Part shown: positions 59,899 through 64,000 of the stretch, piece by piece
Layout of the letters: every line of letters begins with the position of its first letter
Numbering within the stretch: the first letter of the stretch is position 1
Assembly: GCA_021817605.1 (NCBI GenBank)
Contig: JAKAUN010000002.1
Location: 3,676-67,675 of the forward strand
Source: Thermoplasmata archaeon
GTDB lineage: Archaea; Thermoplasmatota; Thermoplasmata; Lutacidiplasmatales; UBA184
Length of the DNA: 64,000 bases
Direction: 5' to 3'
The notes under the pieces: model-generated
What the model saw: only the letters and a program-made list of their open reading frames with translations
What the model was told of the DNA's origin: nothing
Database searches by the model: none
Program-made: the position numbers and the translations under genes

Positions 59899-61590
59899 CT
59901 ACGCCGCGTCGGGGGACGGGGGATCCTCCCGCCGCTGTCGCGCCTCGGCGGAGAGGCGGCGGACGATCCGTTTCATCGCCTTCTCCCGTCGCGCCTCGGC
60001 GACCTGGTAGGAGACGTCCCGGGTCTCTCGCGTGAGAAGGACCGTCACCTTCCCCTCCGAGCTCCTCCCGGTCCTCCCGCGGCGCTGGATCGCGCGGATC
60101 TCGCTCGGGACCGACTCGAAGAAGACCACGCGGTCGACATCCGGCACGTCCAGTCCCTCCTCCGCCACGCTGCTCGCCACGAGGATGGGGAACGCCCCCT
60201 GGCGGAAGCCGGCCAGCACGCGGCCCTGCTCCTTCTGGTCCATCCCCGGGTCGTCCTGGTCGCGGGTCGACTGGCCGACGAACCGCCCGACCGTCCAGCC
60301 TTCGCCTTCGAGCCTCTGCTGGATCGTGCGGATCGTGTCACGGTACTGCGCGAAGACGAGCAGCCGGCCTCTCCCCTCTCCCGGCGTTCCGAGCGTCTCC
60401 CGGGCCAGCTCGGCGAGGGCGTCGAGCTTCGGATGGGACGGCTCTCGGCCGGAGGAAAGGAACTCCGTGGCGATCCGCTTCGCCTCGAGGACCCCGGGAA
60501 GCTTGAGGAAGGCGAGGTCGCCGCGGCTCGGCTTCTCCTTCGCTCCGACGCGCTTGAGGTACTGCACGAGCGGCTCTATCCCCTGGGTCTCGAGCCGCTC
60601 GAGCGCGTGGTGGAGGTGAAGGAGAACGAGCTGGTGGAACAGGGGGCCGAAGCGCCGCACCATCGGGCCGGGACGGGCGAAGATCTCGGCCCGGAGGGCG
60701 ATGAGGTCCTTCACCGAGATCGAGGCGATCGGCTTCTTGCGCAGATAGCCCATCTTCTGCAGCTTGCGCGCGGTGGCCCCCGCGGCCTCCCTAAGGCCGT
60801 CGCGGATCGCCTCGGCGGTCGGGGAGAGCTCGACCCAGCGGTACTCGACCTCCACCGGCTGGACGTGCTCGCGCACCCCCTCGTCCTCGCGGGCGCGCGC
60901 CTCGATCCGTCGGACGCCGAGCGCGCCGACCACCGCCTCGATCCGCTCGTCCTTTCCCCCGGGCGACGCGGTGAGCCCGAGCACGCGGCCGTCCGCGGGC
61001 CGGTCGGTGAGATACTGCCGCGCGATGGGGACGTAGGCGTACTTCCCCACCGCGTGGTGGGCCTCGTCGAAGACCAGCAGCTCGACCTCCCCGAGCGTGT
61101 AACGTCCCGCGGCCAGGTCGTTCGCCACGATCTCGGGCGTCGCGAAGACGAGGTCGGCCGGCTCCCACGCCCCTTCGCGGATCGGCCGCTTGACCGTCCC
61201 CGTGAAACGGGCCGTGGTGAGAGGCGCGAGCAGGCGGGCGAACGACTCGGCGTGCTGCTGCACCAGCGGGCGCGTCGGCGCGAGGACGAGGACCTTTCCC
61301 GGCGAGCGGCGAAGGACCTCGGCCGCCACGAGCGCGGCGATGACGGTCTTGCCGAGCCCGGTGGGAAGGACGACCAGAAGGTCCTCCGAGAGGCCGACGC
61401 GGGCGAGGTCGAGCTGGAACGGAAGGGCGCGCGCGGCCCCGTCGGCGAGGAGGGGGTGGCGGACGAACCCGTCCTTCACCTCCCAGATCGTGGGAAGCGC
61501 CGGCAGGTCCCGGCGGAGCGTGCGCCGGGCACGTGCGAGGGGCGCCGGGGTTTCGCCCTCGAAGTCGTTGAGGGTACGCTGGAGGCCCAC
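59899..61590 (-). CDS. hef: Hef/FANCM-family DEAH-box helicase (helicase module only, no XPF nuclease domain)
   Basis: VVLPTGLGKTVIA (motif I), LVFDEAHHAVG (DEAH), helical insert, LVFAQYRDT, VASSVAEEGLDVPDV and IQRRGRTGR (motif VI). 563 aa, ending right after the helicase core. Confidence 0.83.
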   Translation of the reverse strand: MGLQRTLNDFEGETPAPLARARRTLRRDLPALPTIWEVKDGFVRHPLLADGAARALPFQLDLARVGLSEDLLVVLPTGLGKTVIAALVAAEVLRRSPGKVLVLAPTRPLVQQHAESFARLLAPLTTARFTGTVKRPIREGAWEPADLVFATPEIVANDLAAGRYTLGEVELLVFDEAHHAVGKYAYVPIARQYLTDRPADGRVLGLTASPGGKDERIEAVVGALGVRRIEARAREDEGVREHVQPVEVEYRWVELSPTAEAIRDGLREAAGATARKLQKMGYLRKKPIASISVKDLIALRAEIFARPGPMVRRFGPLFHQLVLLHLHHALERLETQGIEPLVQYLKRVGAKEKPSRGDLAFLKLPGVLEAKRIATEFLSSGREPSHPKLDALAELARETLGTPGEGRGRLLVFAQYRDTIRTIQQRLEGEGWTVGRFVGQSTRDQDDPGMDQKEQGRVLAGFRQGAFPILVASSVAEEGLDVPDVDRVVFFESVPSEIRAIQRRGRTGRSSEGKVTVLLTRETRDVSYQVAEARREKAMKRIVRRLSAEARQRREDPPSPDAA

Positions 61591-61609
61591 GGCCGCCCCG
61601 GGCTCGGGC

Positions 61610-62944
61610 CTAGCCCGCCCCGCCGGCGGGCGTCACGCCCGGGGCCGGTCGGGAGGCAGGCGTCGCGGCCGTGATCGTGCCGAGGCCTCCGAGGTACGGC
61701 CGCAGCACCTCGGGAACCGTCACCGAGCCGTCGGGCTGCTGGTACTGCTCGAGGAGCACGGCGAGGGCTCTCGAGGTGGCGACGGCCGTCGAGTTGAGCG
61801 TGTGCGGGACGAGCTTACCGGGCTTACCGGCCTTTCCGCAGCGGATCCCCAGCCTCCGGGCCTGGTAATCGGTGCAGTTCGAGCAGCTCACCACCTCCCG
61901 GTAGGCCTGCTGACGGGGGAACCAGGCCTCGATGTCGTACTTCTTCGCGGGGACGCTGCCGAGATCGCCGGTGCAGACGTTGACGACGCGGTAGGGGACC
62001 TTCAGGCGACGGAAGACCTCCTCGGCGTTGGCACGCAGCTCCTCGTGGAGGCGGGGAGAGTCGCCGGGGAGGCAGAAGACGAACTGCTCGACCTTCTCGA
62101 ACTGGTGGACCCGGAAGATCCCCTTCTGGTCGACCCCGTGGCCGCCGATCTCTTTTCGGAAGTTGGTGCTCACCCCCGCGAGGCGGAGGGGGAGCTCGGA
62201 CTCCTCCAGGATCTCGCCCATGTGCAGGGCGGCGAGCGGGTGCTCGCTGGTGGCGATGAGGTAGAGGTCCTCCTGGTCGATCTTGTACATCACGTTCTCG
62301 AAGTCCGCAAGGTCCGTCACGCCCTCGTACGGTTCGCGTCGGAGCATGTAGGGAGGCAGCACCGGCGTGAACCCGCGGTCCGCCAGGAGGTCGAGGGCGA
62401 AGTGCTGGAGCGCGAGGTCGAGCAGCACGATCGGTCCCTTGAGGTAGTAGAACCCTGCGCCGCTCGCGCGGCGGGCGCGCTCGAAGTCAGCGAGGCCGAG
62501 GGTCTCGAGCAGCTCTCCGTGGGCGCGCAGCCCCTCGGCGGCGCGCATCGGCTCGCCCCAGCTCGCGACGACGACGTTCTCCCGGTCGTCGACGCCGTAG
62601 GGGACCGAGTCGTCCAGGAGGTTGGGGACCCGGCGGAGCAGCGTGTCGCGGGTGCGCCGAAGCTCCTCCTCCCCGGTCTCGATCTCCTTGAGACGGGCCG
62701 CGAGCTGCCGGGCCTCCGTCTCGAGCTCGGAGCTCGCCTCCCCCTTCGCCCGCGCCGCGGAGACCTTGCGGCCGAGCTCGTTGCGCTGCTGGCGGACCAT
62801 GTCGGCCTCACGACGGGCCTTGCGCCAGGCCTCGTCGCGCTCGCGGACCGAGGCCAGGAGAGTGAGGAGCTCGGGCCGCCGTCGCCGAGCGAGGTTCGCC
62901 TCGACCTGCTCCGGCCGGTCCCTCAGGAGCTCGATGTCGATCAT
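61610..62944 (-). CDS. serS: Seryl-tRNA synthetase
   Basis: Internal ATG 62944 (MIDIELLRDRPEQVEANL), a coiled-coil arm and class II motifs (FRVHQFEKVEQF, TLNSTAVATSRALAVLLE). It has an Ala/Pro/Gly-rich C-terminal tail. Confidence 0.93.
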   Translation of the reverse strand: MIDIELLRDRPEQVEANLARRRRPELLTLLASVRERDEAWRKARREADMVRQQRNELGRKVSAARAKGEASSELETEARQLAARLKEIETGEEELRRTRDTLLRRVPNLLDDSVPYGVDDRENVVVASWGEPMRAAEGLRAHGELLETLGLADFERARRASGAGFYYLKGPIVLLDLALQHFALDLLADRGFTPVLPPYMLRREPYEGVTDLADFENVMYKIDQEDLYLIATSEHPLAALHMGEILEESELPLRLAGVSTNFRKEIGGHGVDQKGIFRVHQFEKVEQFVFCLPGDSPRLHEELRANAEEVFRRLKVPYRVVNVCTGDLGSVPAKKYDIEAWFPRQQAYREVVSCSNCTDYQARRLGIRCGKAGKPGKLVPHTLNSTAVATSRALAVLLEQYQQPDGSVTVPEVLRPYLGGLGTITAATPASRPAPGVTPAGGAG

Positions 62945-63067
62945 CGTCCCCGGGGAGGAGCCCCCCTCGAAAGTCTTTGTCCCTGCGTCCCGAGGCCGCC
63001 GGGGAGGGCCCGGCAACCCCTATGTAGGTTCGTCGGGGGTCGCCCGACCGGAGCTTCGGAGCGGTCC

Positions 63068-64000
63068 ATGGAGACGGAATACGGCCTGTTTGTAGGCGGC
63101 AAGTGGACCACACCCGCGCATGCGGGTCGGTTCCAGACGACCAACCCGGCGACCCGCGAGACGGTCGCCTCCTTCGTGTCGGCGACGGCCGACGAGGTCG
63201 CGCGCGCTACCTCGGAGGCGGCGAAGGCGTTCTCCGCTTGGCGCGATACCCCGGCCCCGAAACGGGGCGAGATCCTGCTCAACGCTGCGTCGATCATGAA
63301 GCGGCGCAAGGCCGAGCTCGGACGCATCGTCACCCGGGAGATGGGCAAGGTCATCGCCGAGGGTCTCGGGGACGTCCAGGAGTCGATCGACTTCATCGAG
63401 TACATGGCCGGGGAGGGCCGTCGGCTCTTCGGGGAGACCGTACCCTCCGAGCTACGCTCGAAGTTCTGCCTGACCGTACGCCAGCCGAAGGGGGTCGTCG
63501 CGTGCATCACCCCGTGGAACTTCCCGACGGCGATCCCCAACTGGAAGATCGCCGCCGCCCTCATCACGGGCAACACGATCGTCTTCAAGCCGGCGTCCAA
63601 CACGGCGCAGTGCGCCGCCGAGGTCGTCAAGGTCTACGAGGAGGCCGGCGTCCCGCCCGGCGTGCTCAACCTCGTCACCGGCTCGGGCGCGGTCGTCGGG
63701 CACGCCCTGGTGAGCGACCCGAGGGTCCGGACCGTCTCCTTCACCGGCGGGGTGGAGGCGGGACGCGACGTCTACGTCCGCGGGGCCGCGGGGCTCAAGA
63801 TGGTCCATCTCGAGCTCGGAGGGAAGAACCCGGTGATCCTCATGGAGGATGCCGACCTCAAGCTCGCGCTCGACGGGGTCCTCTTCGGGGCGTTCGGCAC
63901 CGCGGGTCAGCGCTGCACGGCGACCAGCCGGCTCATCGTCCACGAGAAGGTCTACGACGCGTTCCTCGGGATGCTCACCGAGCGCCTCGGCTCGTTCACG
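63068..64000 (+). CDS. NAD(P)-dependent aldehyde dehydrogenase (3' end cut by window edge)
   Basis: Absent from the track because there is no stop. My translation is METEYGLFVGGKWTTP...ITPWNFP...FKPAS...FTGG...ELGGKNP...FGTAGQRCTATSRLIV (catalytic Cys). Confidence 0.9.
   Translation, partial: METEYGLFVGGKWTTPAHAGRFQTTNPATRETVASFVSATADEVARATSEAAKAFSAWRDTPAPKRGEILLNAASIMKRRKAELGRIVTREMGKVIAEGLGDVQESIDFIEYMAGEGRRLFGETVPSELRSKFCLTVRQPKGVVACITPWNFPTAIPNWKIAAALITGNTIVFKPASNTAQCAAEVVKVYEEAGVPPGVLNLVTGSGAVVGHALVSDPRVRTVSFTGGVEAGRDVYVRGAAGLKMVHLELGGKNPVILMEDADLKLALDGVLFGAFGTAGQRCTATSRLIVHEKVYDAFLGMLTERLGSFT

Noticed and set aside
56586-60035. 1149-aa plus-strand ORF opposite kdpB/kdpA/kdpF. Similar very long ORFs include 43888..45405, 12336..13619, 7306..8886, 9028..10176, 14541..15896, 25838..26815, 27027..28526 and 29135..31102.
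   Set aside because: They are antisense to genes with unambiguous family signatures. Their products are R/G/P/D/E-rich low-complexity strings, and stop codons are simply rare in GC-rich antisense frames. They are artefacts.
1-64000. CRISPR arrays, cas genes, restriction-modification, toxin-antitoxin or other defence islands, and IS elements.
   Set aside because: Reading both strands, I found no regularly spaced direct repeats and no transposase, integrase, Cas or nuclease-type ORFs. The only sizeable repeat is the intragenic duplication in the surface-protein gene.

Overview
This window is a densely coding, strongly GC-biased chromosomal segment of an archaeon; real genes have almost exclusively G/C at third codon positions. 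Archaeal hallmarks are LonB, proteasome alpha, EF-1alpha, the S10 and S13-S4-S11-RpoD clusters, Pelota, MBF1, TrmY, diphthine synthase, archaetidylserine synthase/decarboxylase, MptD-type aldolase and a Tes-like radical SAM enzyme. FtsZ-based division genes plus surface-protein repeats of the ESGLPxGxxWSV kind suggest a Thermoplasmatota-like euryarchaeon; that assignment is inference only. I support about 60 CDS and one tRNA-Phe(GAA). I found no rRNA, CRISPR array, transposase, integrase or recognisable defence island. The supplied ORF track renders GTG and TTG starts as M and reports maximal ORFs. Many long ORFs are therefore antisense or out-of-frame GC artefacts, and several real genes start internally; those coordinates were re-derived and frame-checked. 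Two edge genes, lonB at the 5' edge and an aldehyde dehydrogenase at the 3' edge, are absent from the track because they lack a stop in the window. Operons are marked by ATGA/GTGA start-stop overlaps, and a recurring TAAATAG-like TATA box sits about 25-45 bp upstream of several first genes. The observations most worth a second look are: (1) a double ribbon-helix-helix regulator translationally coupled to an FtsZ paralogue with a substituted T7 loop, behind a perfect palindromic operator; (2) a 1297-aa surface protein built from a roughly 445-aa tandem duplication; (3) a roughly 370-bp non-coding gap with structured-RNA features, plus two other long GC-rich gaps; (4) a cysteine-less condensing-enzyme half fused to DUF35 beside thiolase and UbiX; (5) a 521-aa Cys-rich orphan followed by an atypical receiver domain; (6) a small Cys/His-rich ORF coupled to folD. 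No single novel multi-gene system could be demonstrated from sequence alone.
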